The position numbers and the translations under genes are program-made. Shown here in pieces: positions 29,178 through 37,516 of a DNA stretch of 64,000 nucleotides. Each line of letters starts with the position of its first letter. Position 1 is the first letter of the stretch. The notes beneath the pieces were generated by a model. It was not told where the DNA came from. It was given only the letters and a program-made list of their open reading frames with translations, and did not search any database. This DNA is from a virus (lineage: Duplodnaviria > Caudoviricetes), in IMG/VR virus record IMGVR_UViG_3300037484_000435, positions 352,001 to 416,000 of that record, one strand, 5' to 3'.

Positions 29178-29993
29178 CTACCTATACTGCGACCTTGGTC
29201 TCCTCGGTTGTCGAGAAAAAAGTCCTAATTCTTTTCTTGTTGCATTTAAATAACTACACGACACACCTAATCTTCTGGCCACCAAATCCCAAGTTCCTTC
29301 CTCGTTATATAAATTAACAATCTCATCAGACGATACTCTTTGTGAAAGTCTTTCGGGCCTAGGAGGTATAGATATAATGGTTTTATATAAATTGTATTTT
29401 CTTGGCAAATAAAAATTACAATTCCCATATAGGAGATGTAATATTCTTTGAACAATAGGGTTTCCAGAAAACTCAATAATGTAATTCTCCCCATTTCGTC
29501 TGGGTGATTTTCTAACATCTCTGTCTGAGCCAACAAACTTGGCGAAGCCTCTCACCAAAGGTTTAGTATTTCTAAAATTAACACACCAGTGGTTACTACG
29601 AGTGCTATGACGATAAAAAATAGAGCCATCTCCGTCAAACAACCCTCTGTAGTAATGCACTTTTTGTTCCTTAGGAACCAGATTACAAGGTTCGAGATTA
29701 TAAGTTTTATTATGAACTAAGCCCAACTCTCTCAATCTAGTAGACATCATGGGAGATCTGAAAGCTAAGGAACAAGTGTGTGCTTTACCTCTAATCCTAT
29801 CACTAATTTTATGGTTGGATTTAATTGTCTCTTTAAAAAGTTCAAGCCATTCGATATCTTTTATAGATATTTCCATACCAATGGAGTTCTTTTGAGATAC
29901 AAAACCATCAGACGAAAGAACACCAAGCCAATAGGCTGGGCCCTCATAATTCAAATTATTAAAGTAATCATGGGTAAGAGTGTATTCTTTCAT
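29178..29993 (-). CDS. LAGLIDADG homing endonuclease with C-terminal HTH, directly downstream of tmRNA
   Basis: YWLGVLSSDG and YYRGLFDGDG; C-terminal EIVNLYNEEGTWDLVARRLGVS; probable start MKEY at 29993. Confidence 0.9.
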   Translation of the reverse strand: MKEYTLTHDYFNNLNYEGPAYWLGVLSSDGFVSQKNSIGMEISIKDIEWLELFKETIKSNHKISDRIRGKAHTCSLAFRSPMMSTRLRELGLVHNKTYNLEPCNLVPKEQKVHYYRGLFDGDGSIFYRHSTRSNHWCVNFRNTKPLVRGFAKFVGSDRDVRKSPRRNGENYIIEFSGNPIVQRILHLLYGNCNFYLPRKYNLYKTIISIPPRPERLSQRVSSDEIVNLYNEEGTWDLVARRLGVSCSYLNATRKELGLFSRQPRRPRSQYR

Positions 29994-30028
29994 ATAAAAA
30001 TAAATTCTCCAACAATTTAATGTACTTG

Positions 30029-30616
30029 TGGAGCTGGGCGGTACTGCCCCGCCGTGTAGTCTGGCTTTCAATTATGAGTCTCTAGGTATCGTAGCCCGTT
30101 TATACTCAAAGCAGAGTTTTCTAACTCTTCGGGACCCAGCGGTTAGTGACTGATAGCGAATTGGTTTCCCGCACGGTGGCGGTTGGCCTTCTCATCCCTA
30201 TCCCAGTTTCAGTTGCTGGAATACCTACGACCGTAGGATTTAAATTGGGGGCGTATTGGGGGTGTTTTAATTAAACTAACCCTGCTAGTGCTAGGTTCGG
30301 ATTGGCTACCAACATCTCCCTTTTTCTACGCCGCCTCCACCAGTTGGTGTTTAACCTCTCCAACAAGAGGGCACGCGTAACCAAAGTTACGTGCTCCACC
30401 CAGCTATTCTGTTGCAAAGTCAACTGGGGAACTCCACAAGTTCTATTAAACGCTCGCGAAAGTCAAGCTGTCGCGTTTGTCTTGCTCCAAGTAGGATAGA
30501 ACTGTATCGAAAATTGAATTTTCGGCATTTATTGTTTCGCATCATTTTACTGGATGATACACCAGGATACCAACTTATAACCTACTTTCACCACCTATCG
30601 ATCCTAGTTCAGCCCC
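30029..30616 (-). ncRNA. ssrA: tmRNA, unusually long (588 nt)
   Basis: 5' GGGGCTGAACTAGGATCGA and 3' GGCGG-GGCAGTA-CCGCC-CAGCTCC-A form an Ala acceptor stem with G3:U70; pk1 CTGG/CCAG with GTATCAT/ATGATGC; resume context ATAAAT-GCC; GGTATC/GATACC P2 pairing. Confidence 0.92.
30443..30526 (-). other. tmRNA tag reading frame AENSIFDTVLSYLEQDKRDSLTFASV followed by TAA TAG
   Basis: GCC resume codon just after pk1 and AATAAAT; double stop. Confidence 0.8.
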
Positions 30617-30656
30617 ATGGTGGTAGGAGGACTCTATTGAATCCCCCTTTCTTTCA

Positions 30657-31091
30657 CTATCTTAAGAATCTTTTATCTTGTCCCATCAAATACTTATCTA
30701 ATAGGACTAGAAGGTTCTCTAAAATATGGCATAATTCTTTAGCACCCTGCTCCCTTTTCTGATTACGTACAACGTAATTGGCACCATTATCGTAGTATTC
30801 AAAAATATCCTCGTAACCATTACCAGAAGCAATAACTACTACAGGGAGTAAAGACGCCATACGGTTTGACTTTATATTAGCCAAAACCGTGTTAATAAGT
30901 TTGGGAGGCGATTTCCCAACTAAGATAATGCAAGCATCATAAGATTTATCCTGTAATTTGGATGTTATATTTACGGTTTGCATCTCTAAGTTAGACTCCA
31001 ATACACCAGCTTTAGTCAATTGAACTATCCAAGCGTTCGCTTCCGCGGAGTCCTCACTAAAAATTAAAAATTTCCTGTCAAAATGTTCCAT
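30657..31091 (-). CDS. Degenerate response-regulator receiver-like protein
   Basis: PVVVIASG...DIFEYYDNGANYVV resembles stand-alone receivers; phospho-Asp position not evident. Confidence 0.5.
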   Translation of the reverse strand: MEHFDRKFLIFSEDSAEANAWIVQLTKAGVLESNLEMQTVNITSKLQDKSYDACIILVGKSPPKLINTVLANIKSNRMASLLPVVVIASGNGYEDIFEYYDNGANYVVRNQKREQGAKELCHILENLLVLLDKYLMGQDKRFLR

Positions 31092-31103
31092 AGTTCTCCT
31101 AAA

Positions 31104-31481
31104 TTACACGTGACCGGGAAGTTCTTCTCCGGGGGCAACATGGGCCATCTCTAACGTAATTATATTAGGACGTTTTCCTTTAACAAAGTTTGAGATGTTC
31201 AAGATAGGAATAGGCATCAATGGAAAAAATTTACCATTCTGCTCCTTCACCATTTCCTCCATAGCTCTCGCACCCTTTTTATTGGAAACTACTTCCATTA
31301 CGTAGTCATCATTAACAATGATTTCCCATATATTGGCCCGCTTATCTCTGACAAAGTCAGATAGTGCTTCTAAAGGAATATCCTCTAAAACCAATTCCTC
31401 AACCTCAGCCTCATTCATCAAATCTAGGATTTTCTGAGCATGTTCCTTAGTTGTCTTTATTTCTGCTTTAAAATATTCCAT
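31104..31481 (-). CDS. Hypothetical acidic protein
   Basis: Probable start MEYFK at 31481, coupled to the HU stop. Confidence 0.55.
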   Translation of the reverse strand: MEYFKAEIKTTKEHAQKILDLMNEAEVEELVLEDIPLEALSDFVRDKRANIWEIIVNDDYVMEVVSNKKGARAMEEMVKEQNGKFFPLMPIPILNISNFVKGKRPNIITLEMAHVAPGEELPGHV

Positions 31482-31482
31482 C

Positions 31483-31764
31483 TTATTTAACCGCGTCCTT
31501 AAGCAATCCCGAAGGTATGAACTTAGGGTACTTAGTAGCCTCCTTATTGATTTTCTTTTGGGTTCTTGGCTCAACGTATACCCTCGCTTTCTTCTCCACA
31601 ACATCAAAAGCACCAAAACCCCTTACGCTAATCCTCTGGCCAGCCTTTAGGGCCTGCATGATGTCATCAAATACGTTACGTATAATTGCTTCAGCATTCT
31701 TTTTTGTTACCTTTTCATCCTTAAACTGTGCGACACAGCTTTCCACTAGATACTGAAAATTCAT
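31483..31764 (-). CDS. HU/IHF-family DNA-binding protein
   Basis: ISVRGFGAFDVVEKKARVYVEPRTQKKI...PKFIPSGLLKDAV; probable start 31764. Confidence 0.9.
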   Translation of the reverse strand: MNFQYLVESCVAQFKDEKVTKKNAEAIIRNVFDDIMQALKAGQRISVRGFGAFDVVEKKARVYVEPRTQKKINKEATKYPKFIPSGLLKDAVK

Positions 31765-31792
31765 TCTTTCATCTCCTCTTACTTTCCTGTGT

Positions 31793-31826
31793 CTATATAA
31801 TATATAGTACACAAACTTATGTCTTT
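31793..31826 (-). promoter_or_regulatory. Conserved-spacer promoter motif, copy A (upstream of HU)
   Basis: AAGACA-TAAG-TTTGTGTACTA-TA-TATTAT on the minus strand. Confidence 0.6.
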
Positions 31827-32338
31827 AAAAAATCAGACCATTCGGGTATCCGGTATTTAATATTTACTACAGTTTGTAAATATTCAAACACCTCCATCCG
31901 TTTGGGCAATCCTCTCAATAGCCCCATCCCAGCTTCTGAAGGTGTCCTGTCTCCCTTCTTCGAATTACAGTCAACACAAGCTGTAACTAGGTTGTCCCAA
32001 CTAAAACGACCCCCTCGGGAACGAGGAGTACAGTGATCCAACGTTAGATTTGACGCAGTTCCAGCCTTACCACAGTATTGACATTTATAATGGTCTCTCA
32101 ATAAAATGTTTCTACGGGATAATTTCACCTGAAAACGCAAACTAACTTTTCCCAACAGCCTAAGGACTGCGGGTACTTTAAACGCACGGTTGACCGTACG
32201 TACTACTCTGTCAGCATACTCTAGAACTACATCCACTTTTTCATTGAACATGAGTCTGAACGTTTGTTTTAATGATAATATTTTTAGTGGGGTGTAGTCA
32301 TGTGACAACAAAAGACATGGGTGGGTTGAAGTAAACAT
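31817..32338 (-). CDS. HNH endonuclease (McrA-like)
   Basis: RDHYKCQYCG...LTLDHCTPRSRGG..SWDNLVTACVDCNSKKG. Confidence 0.9.
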   Translation of the reverse strand: MFTSTHPCLLLSHDYTPLKILSLKQTFRLMFNEKVDVVLEYADRVVRTVNRAFKVPAVLRLLGKVSLRFQVKLSRRNILLRDHYKCQYCGKAGTASNLTLDHCTPRSRGGRFSWDNLVTACVDCNSKKGDRTPSEAGMGLLRGLPKRMEVFEYLQTVVNIKYRIPEWSDFLKT

Positions 32339-32632
32339 CTACTTACCTCCGATTTTAATCTCCTCTGGCTCCTTCTTATCTTTGGATTTCTCAGTTTTTG
32401 CTACTGCCTTTAATGCTTCAGCAACAGCATGTTTAACAATCTCTGACACTTCATCCGCAGTATAAGTTTTCTGCGGTGATTCTCCTTTCTGTCTCTGCTT
32501 CAGACTACTCCACGCAGGTTGCCCAGGACCATCTTGCCTAGAGGGCCTATCATAGGGCTCCCCCGTGTCGTTTGGCCTGAAAGCAAAAAACGAACTGTCA
32601 GCCTTTGCATCCTTAATGTCATTCTTCGCCAT
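32339..32632 (-). CDS. Hypothetical protein
   Basis: ORF track, GGAG SD. Confidence 0.55.
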   Translation of the reverse strand: MAKNDIKDAKADSSFFAFRPNDTGEPYDRPSRQDGPGQPAWSSLKQRQKGESPQKTYTADEVSEIVKHAVAEALKAVAKTEKSKDKKEPEEIKIGGK

Positions 32633-32960
32633 AATATACTCCTTTTAATATAGCTACTATGTCCTTCTCATGGACCATTCTAAATTCAATGGATTTCCCA
32701 TTTACATCATCTAGAAACAAATCCGTACCAGCTTTCCAGTTGAAGATTACTACATCTCCAATGTGAACTTCATGGGGCATAAATAAACCTTCTCGAACAT
32801 AACCTTGACTTACCGCTTCCACTACGCCTTGAATTGGCATGTTCTTAACATTATCTGGGATAATTATTCCCCCAGGGGACTGCTTCGAACTTCCAATAAT
32901 CCTTATTAGGACCCCACCATTCAACGGAACGGGATTCACTGATAATGAAAAATCGCCCAT
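32619..32960 (-). CDS. groES: Co-chaperonin GroES (Cpn10)
   Basis: VPLNGGVLI, PGGIIIPD mobile loop, GVVEAVSQG, GDVVIF, HEKDIVAIL. Confidence 0.88.
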   Translation of the reverse strand: MGDFSLSVNPVPLNGGVLIRIIGSSKQSPGGIIIPDNVKNMPIQGVVEAVSQGYVREGLFMPHEVHIGDVVIFNWKAGTDLFLDDVNGKSIEFRMVHEKDIVAILKGVYYGEE

Positions 32961-32996
32961 TGTTACCTCCTGTACTAAGTAAGTTAATTCTTTGTG

Positions 32997-33902
32997 TTAC
33001 TTACTATATAATCTCTCATATCCTACGGCTGATACTGGTAACCCATTGAATTCTAAAAAGGTTTCAACTTCTCCAGATTTGAGGTTGACAACATTAACAC
33101 CTCCAGATGACGCAACGAAAGCATGTCCCCAGTCAATACGGCTGTCATACTCCACAGCCACGGATAAGAGGTTTTTAGTTCCTGATATGACATTGTAATA
33201 ATTAACGAGGTCACTTCCATTTCTCACATCCAATCCAGATGTTGTAGCTAAGAATACTGTATCAATACCTTGATAAGTGTTCACGAACATTTTATTCAGT
33301 TGGGTGTCAGTATAAGGTATGGTCACATCCCAAGATGAAAAATCCACAGGCTCACCATATTTAATTCTTAACTGATTGCTTTCCGCAAGATAGAGAGTCG
33401 GACCAGGGGAAATGAATACATCTCTACCCTCAGTTGTTAGACACGTGAGATAATCTTCTGTTCCCGACTTTTTCCAGTACAGGCCAGAAGAAGTCAAAAT
33501 ACCCAAGTAGGAATCAAGGGAATCCACCGCAATAATGTTGTCAGAAGGCAATCCGCTGAGCGTAGTATAGGATTGGTAAGCTTGAGAAGATAGATTGACT
33601 GGTGACATTATAGGGCACTGTGCCTGTTTTACTTTATCCCAAGAAAGTGTGTAAGTACCGTTATTTAGGGTGCCCGCAATAACGTCACCATCAAATACAC
33701 AGGAACTAGTGACTTTGGAAGGTGTCATAAAAAAACTACATTCAGGAAAGATACCATCTAAGTGTAGATAAGGATTTATAATAGTTAGGCCCAACTCGGC
33801 CCCGCACAGGTATCTAGGGGGATAATCCACATTATGATACCATCTGATGTGGCTCACCTCACCAACTGCTAAACCAAGTGCTTTCCAGAACAGAAGTAAC
33901 AT
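32997..33902 (-). CDS. Hypothetical protein with beta-propeller-like repeats
   Basis: LPSDNIIAV, LATTSGL and FVASSGGV resemble ligand-binding propeller repeats. Confidence 0.5.
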   Translation of the reverse strand: MLLLFWKALGLAVGEVSHIRWYHNVDYPPRYLCGAELGLTIINPYLHLDGIFPECSFFMTPSKVTSSCVFDGDVIAGTLNNGTYTLSWDKVKQAQCPIMSPVNLSSQAYQSYTTLSGLPSDNIIAVDSLDSYLGILTSSGLYWKKSGTEDYLTCLTTEGRDVFISPGPTLYLAESNQLRIKYGEPVDFSSWDVTIPYTDTQLNKMFVNTYQGIDTVFLATTSGLDVRNGSDLVNYYNVISGTKNLLSVAVEYDSRIDWGHAFVASSGGVNVVNLKSGEVETFLEFNGLPVSAVGYERLYSK

Positions 33903-34327
33903 TAATCAGCCTCAGTTCTCCTAGGTAAAATAGTCCCCTCTAAAGGTGGAGTCTCAAACAAACGTCCGTCAGGATTAGATTTCACTGTAATCTTATTCAA
34001 GGCACCTGATCCAACTTGAGGTAGATTATTTTTTGAGTAAAGAGTTCCGTCTGGATTCATTACTGCCTTAACTTCTGGCCTTCCAAAACTTTTAGTTAAC
34101 TCATTTAAAGATGGCTCTTCTTGGTTAAAGGCATCTGGATGTGGTAAATCCATTGATTTACAATCTTCTTCTATAGTAAGTAATTTTCGCATTAAGTTTG
34201 CTATTTTTTTAATCATACGTGGTTGTTGTAGTGGTCCAGAATTTTCAGCCTTAACTATCATCTTCTTAACCTTACGTTTTAAAAAGTGATATTCAGCTAT
34301 AAGGTCCCCTTGTAATCTTCTGCTCAT
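33902..34327 (-). CDS. Hypothetical protein (first gene of the minus arm)
   Basis: GGAGG SD; 141 aa. Confidence 0.6.
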   Translation of the reverse strand: MSRRLQGDLIAEYHFLKRKVKKMIVKAENSGPLQQPRMIKKIANLMRKLLTIEEDCKSMDLPHPDAFNQEEPSLNELTKSFGRPEVKAVMNPDGTLYSKNNLPQVGSGALNKITVKSNPDGRLFETPPLEGTILPRRTEAD

Positions 34328-34497
34328 CTCGATGGCCCCTCCTTCTTTCTTTTACTTAGTATCTAACCTACCTAAAACTGCGAGAGCTTCTCGGTGCTCT
34401 GTTTCTTATTAGCCTCGAACCTCTCAAAACGAATTAAATAAAATAAAAAAATCAAAAATTTACTAATAGGTAATAGCTAGGTTTTCCTGTTTGACGT

Positions 34498-34530
34498 CTA
34501 GTACTAATATAGTACACAAATTCATCTCTA
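34498..34530 (-). promoter_or_regulatory. Conserved-spacer promoter motif, copy B
   Basis: TAGAGA-TGAA-TTTGTGTACTA-TATTAGTAC on the minus strand, heading the minus arm. Confidence 0.55.
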
Positions 34531-34590
34531 ATTAAAAAACTTTTTTACGAATATTTTATCTATCCGAAATTATTAGGAATAAAAATTTTT

Positions 34591-34618
34591 GGAACCTGCT
34601 TTTGATTCTTTTATCAAA
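34591..34618 (+). promoter_or_regulatory. ECF-sigma (sigmaE-like) promoter
   Basis: GGAACCT-N16-TCAAA preceded by an A/T tract. Confidence 0.6.
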
Positions 34619-34650
34619 AATTAATAAGCACCTATTTCTATTTAATAGGA

Positions 34651-34683
34651 TAGACTTAGATTTGTGTACTAGATATAGTATAG
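34651..34683 (+). promoter_or_regulatory. Conserved-spacer promoter motif, copy C
   Basis: TAGACT-TAGA-TTTGTGTACTA-GA-TATAGT, heading the plus arm. Confidence 0.65.
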
Positions 34684-34692
34684 GAGTAGAAA

Positions 34693-34869
34693 ATGAATGA
34701 AGGGCTTAAGTTCAACGAAATCTCAACCTTTGATAAAGCTAAATATATTAAATGTAAAAAGAGCCGCTTAATTTTAGGGTGGCTAATAAAAAATAAATGC
34801 TGGTTATTAGTACGTTACTACTATAACTATATTCACCGGAGATTTTTACAAGGAGGAAAAGAGTTTTGA
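34693..34869 (+). CDS. 58-aa basic hypothetical protein (first gene of the plus arm)
   Basis: Hand translation MNEGLKFNEISTFDKAKYIKCKK...; AGGAG SD; stop overlaps the next start. Confidence 0.55.
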   Translation: MNEGLKFNEISTFDKAKYIKCKKSRLILGWLIKNKCWLLVRYYYNYIHRRFLQGGKEF

Positions 34870-35108
34870 CCACAATACCTGATTCTTTTGAGAATTATAA
34901 TAGTAGTATTATTGTTTGCCCAGAGTGCCAAACCATGTGCAATGACGATTTCGCTAAAGCAATCTTTGAGCCTATAAGTGGGATAGTCTTGGGATATATG
35001 CTTAGGTGCACACATTGCCGAAAGAAATCTTTCATTAACATGCTAGGTAAGCCACCCCTATTTGACCTGAGTGGCCGATATATGTTCTTAACAGGGAAGG
35101 AGGATTAA
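34866..35108 (+). CDS. Small zinc-ribbon protein
   Basis: CPEC...CTHC; GGAGG SD. Confidence 0.55.
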   Translation: MTTIPDSFENYNSSIIVCPECQTMCNDDFAKAIFEPISGIVLGYMLRCTHCRKKSFINMLGKPPLFDLSGRYMFLTGKED

Positions 35109-35115
35109 ATTATAA

Positions 35116-35874
35116 TTGCTAATGGATAATAAATTACCATTCGATATTGACAATTATCATAGAGTTTTTAAGAAATACCCAAAAAGTCTCATGCAAAGTG
35201 GGGACCGCGTATACGGAGTGTGGTTGATTGGCAATTACTATAAAAGAAAAGAAAATTTTCATGGAGAATATCCCCCAAGCTTTCTAGAAAGGATTTACGC
35301 CCTCTTTCCGAATAGAGAGAGCGTGCTTCATTTATTTTCTGGAACTATAAAAGATGGAAAAACATCAACAACAGTGGATATAAATCCAGACAGAAACCCC
35401 ACCATCGTGTGTGACGTAAAAGAAGTATCTAATTATCTTGAATCTAAATCATTTCAATTAGTTATTGCAGACCCACCTTACTCAAAGAAAGACGCTAAAA
35501 TTTACGGAGTACCTCTAGTAAATAAAAGACTAGCATTGAGGGAAGCCAGAAAAGTAACGGAGGATGGGGGAATACTGATTTGGTTGGATTTGCAGACTCC
35601 GATATATAGGAAAATAGATTGGAATTTATTAGGAATGATTGGAATCTCTTGTGGAACTAATAGGGCCTTTAGGGTAGCAACTATATTTCAAGCAACATCA
35701 GTTGAAGAGGAGCACAATGAACAGCTTGTCGAGTCTGGAGAGCAAGATTCGAAATCTAATGATTCAGATAAACGGGGAAGAAAGTCGCCTCTCTCAAGAG
35801 GTGAATACCACGAGACAAAATACCCCAAACAAACTCTTACAGAGAAAAGAGTATCTCAGCAGATTGCAGTCTGA
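35116..35874 (+). CDS. Amino (N6-A/N4-C) DNA methyltransferase
   Basis: SAM motif VLHLFSG and catalytic IADPPY. Confidence 0.75.
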   Translation: MLMDNKLPFDIDNYHRVFKKYPKSLMQSGDRVYGVWLIGNYYKRKENFHGEYPPSFLERIYALFPNRESVLHLFSGTIKDGKTSTTVDINPDRNPTIVCDVKEVSNYLESKSFQLVIADPPYSKKDAKIYGVPLVNKRLALREARKVTEDGGILIWLDLQTPIYRKIDWNLLGMIGISCGTNRAFRVATIFQATSVEEEHNEQLVESGEQDSKSNDSDKRGRKSPLSRGEYHETKYPKQTLTEKRVSQQIAV

Positions 35875-35923
35875 GTGTCTATTGGTCATCGAAAAAGAGA
35901 TTTCGTTTTTTCAAAATAACTAG
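35717..35923 (+). CDS. Hypothetical coiled-coil protein overlapping the MTase tail
   Basis: GAGGAG SD before the ATG at 35717. Confidence 0.5.
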   Translation: MNSLSSLESKIRNLMIQINGEESRLSQEVNTTRQNTPNKLLQRKEYLSRLQSECLLVIEKEISFFQNN

Positions 35924-36128
35924 CCTCGTCTATAGGACATATATGGGAGTGGGACGCTTAATAAATTTAGCTCGCTTTGGTAGGGATATAAGGCGTCAGG
36001 CGAGCATTTAACAACTTGACTCTGGTGAGAGTAGAGTCAATTGACACCGAGGGCCAATCGTGCAGGGCCCGCACCGACAAGGGGCTAAGTCTCTCTTGGA
36101 GGCTTAGCACAAGAGGAGGTAGATATCT

Positions 36129-36317
36129 GTGAGTTTAAATTATATTCCTGTGATTGAAAAGATTACGACACGTAATGGAGAGGAAAAGACGATTGAATGG
36201 AAAGGAAGAATAATTAATGTACACGGCTTCAAAGCCGCTGACCCTTCACGCGAAGTAGTAGAAGATGCTATTCGCACCCGCCTACAAACAGTCTTATTTA
36301 ACAAGACGGAGGTCTAA
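36129..36317 (+). CDS. Hypothetical protein
   Basis: GAGGAGG SD, GTG start. Confidence 0.55.
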   Translation: MSLNYIPVIEKITTRNGEEKTIEWKGRIINVHGFKAADPSREVVEDAIRTRLQTVLFNKTEV

Positions 36318-36658
36318 TGAAATACGTAAGAAAACACAAAGAGGTTGACGCTATAAAGCTAAACGAACCTGTTTATAGCAAAGAGGGTAAAGAACTGGCC
36401 CCTGCAGGGTATTGGTTAGTTACCGAGGGTAAAGAACAATATTATATGTCTGATGAGTCTTTTTTAACTGAATTCGAAATAAAAAGAGACATCTCTTGGA
36501 CAACAACGCAACCCCCCTACACTTGGACTCAGACCGCTCCCACGGATTCATGGCCTTTGGTGAGTAATGTAGACAAGGTAGAATATTATTCTGGAGATTT
36601 GCCACCAGGGCATTTTGTCTTTGTTTCAGATAACACAGAGGTTTGTACAAACCAGTAA
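36317..36658 (+). CDS. Hypothetical phage protein
   Basis: YVRKHKEVDAI...GYWLV...YYMSDESFLTEFE pattern common in phage proteins. Confidence 0.6.
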   Translation: MKYVRKHKEVDAIKLNEPVYSKEGKELAPAGYWLVTEGKEQYYMSDESFLTEFEIKRDISWTTTQPPYTWTQTAPTDSWPLVSNVDKVEYYSGDLPPGHFVFVSDNTEVCTNQ

Positions 36659-36682
36659 TATTTGTTTAGGTAATTTATTATT

Positions 36683-37515
36683 ATGAGAAATCAATACGGA
36701 GAATTCACAAGGTGGACAGAAAATGAAGATAATTTAATAACTATGAATTATGCGAAAACACCTATAGAACACCTGTGTAATTTATTGCCAAAACGGACAA
36801 AATCCGCAATAAGAACTAGGGCTAAAAAGTTAGGAGCTTCTCTGCGGGCTGGGGAAAAACAAAGAATTTATTCTGTAAATGAGAATTATTTTGCGTCACC
36901 AACAATAGATAATTGTTACTGGGCTGGTTATATTGCCGCCGATGGGTGCTTACTTCATCAAGGTAACAGGAGAATGCTCACATTTTGCATAAAAAATCTG
37001 ATGAAGACCATTTACTCAAACTTAAACATCGTTTGAACTATACAGGTAAAATAGAGTATGGAAAAGCATCAATTAAAGGTTACGGGATATATGACCAAGT
37101 TCAACTAAGAATAAACTCTTCTAAGATATTGGAAGACTTGGGGAGGGTATTTAACATGGGACAACGAAAAAGTTTCACGCTGAAGCCCCCAAATCTAAGT
37201 AATTTACTCTTTAAGAAGGCATTTATAATTGGGTTTATAGATGGAGATGGTTGTATAAGTACAACTTTTTCTAACAATAAACATCATTTAAGGGTGGGGT
37301 TGGTAGGAACTAAAGATGTTTTATTATGGATTAAAAGTATTTTTGACAAGTGCTATCCACCCAAGGAACGGGTGTCTAACGTATTACCACACGAGGGTTG
37401 TTGGCGATACGCAGTACAAGGAATACGTGCTATTGAAATACTGACGGACCTTAATAAAGTTCCTATATATAAACTGGATAGGAAATGGAAAATAATTAAC
37501 AAATTTGGAGTTTAA
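36683..37515 (+). pseudogene. LAGLIDADG endonuclease split by a frameshift at an A6 run (36991-36996)
   Basis: First half has a Myb-like repeat and YWAGYIAADG; second half in another frame has FIIGFIDGDG; adding one A joins ...LTFCIKKSDEDHL... Confidence 0.8.
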
Positions 37516-37516
37516 C

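Noticed and set aside
29994-30071. N-terminal extension MKARLHGGAVPPSS of the 29178 endonuclease in the ORF track
   Set aside because: It is the tmRNA 3' end read as codons; the likely start is ATG 29993
30100-30440. Group I intron inside the tmRNA explaining its length
   Set aside because: I could not identify P7-type conserved intron elements, the T-loop is uninterrupted, and the adjacent endonuclease lies outside the gene; left open pending RNA data
30302-30762. Plus-strand ORFs 30302..30499 and 30391..30762
   Set aside because: Antisense to the tmRNA and receiver-like gene, with no recognisable motifs
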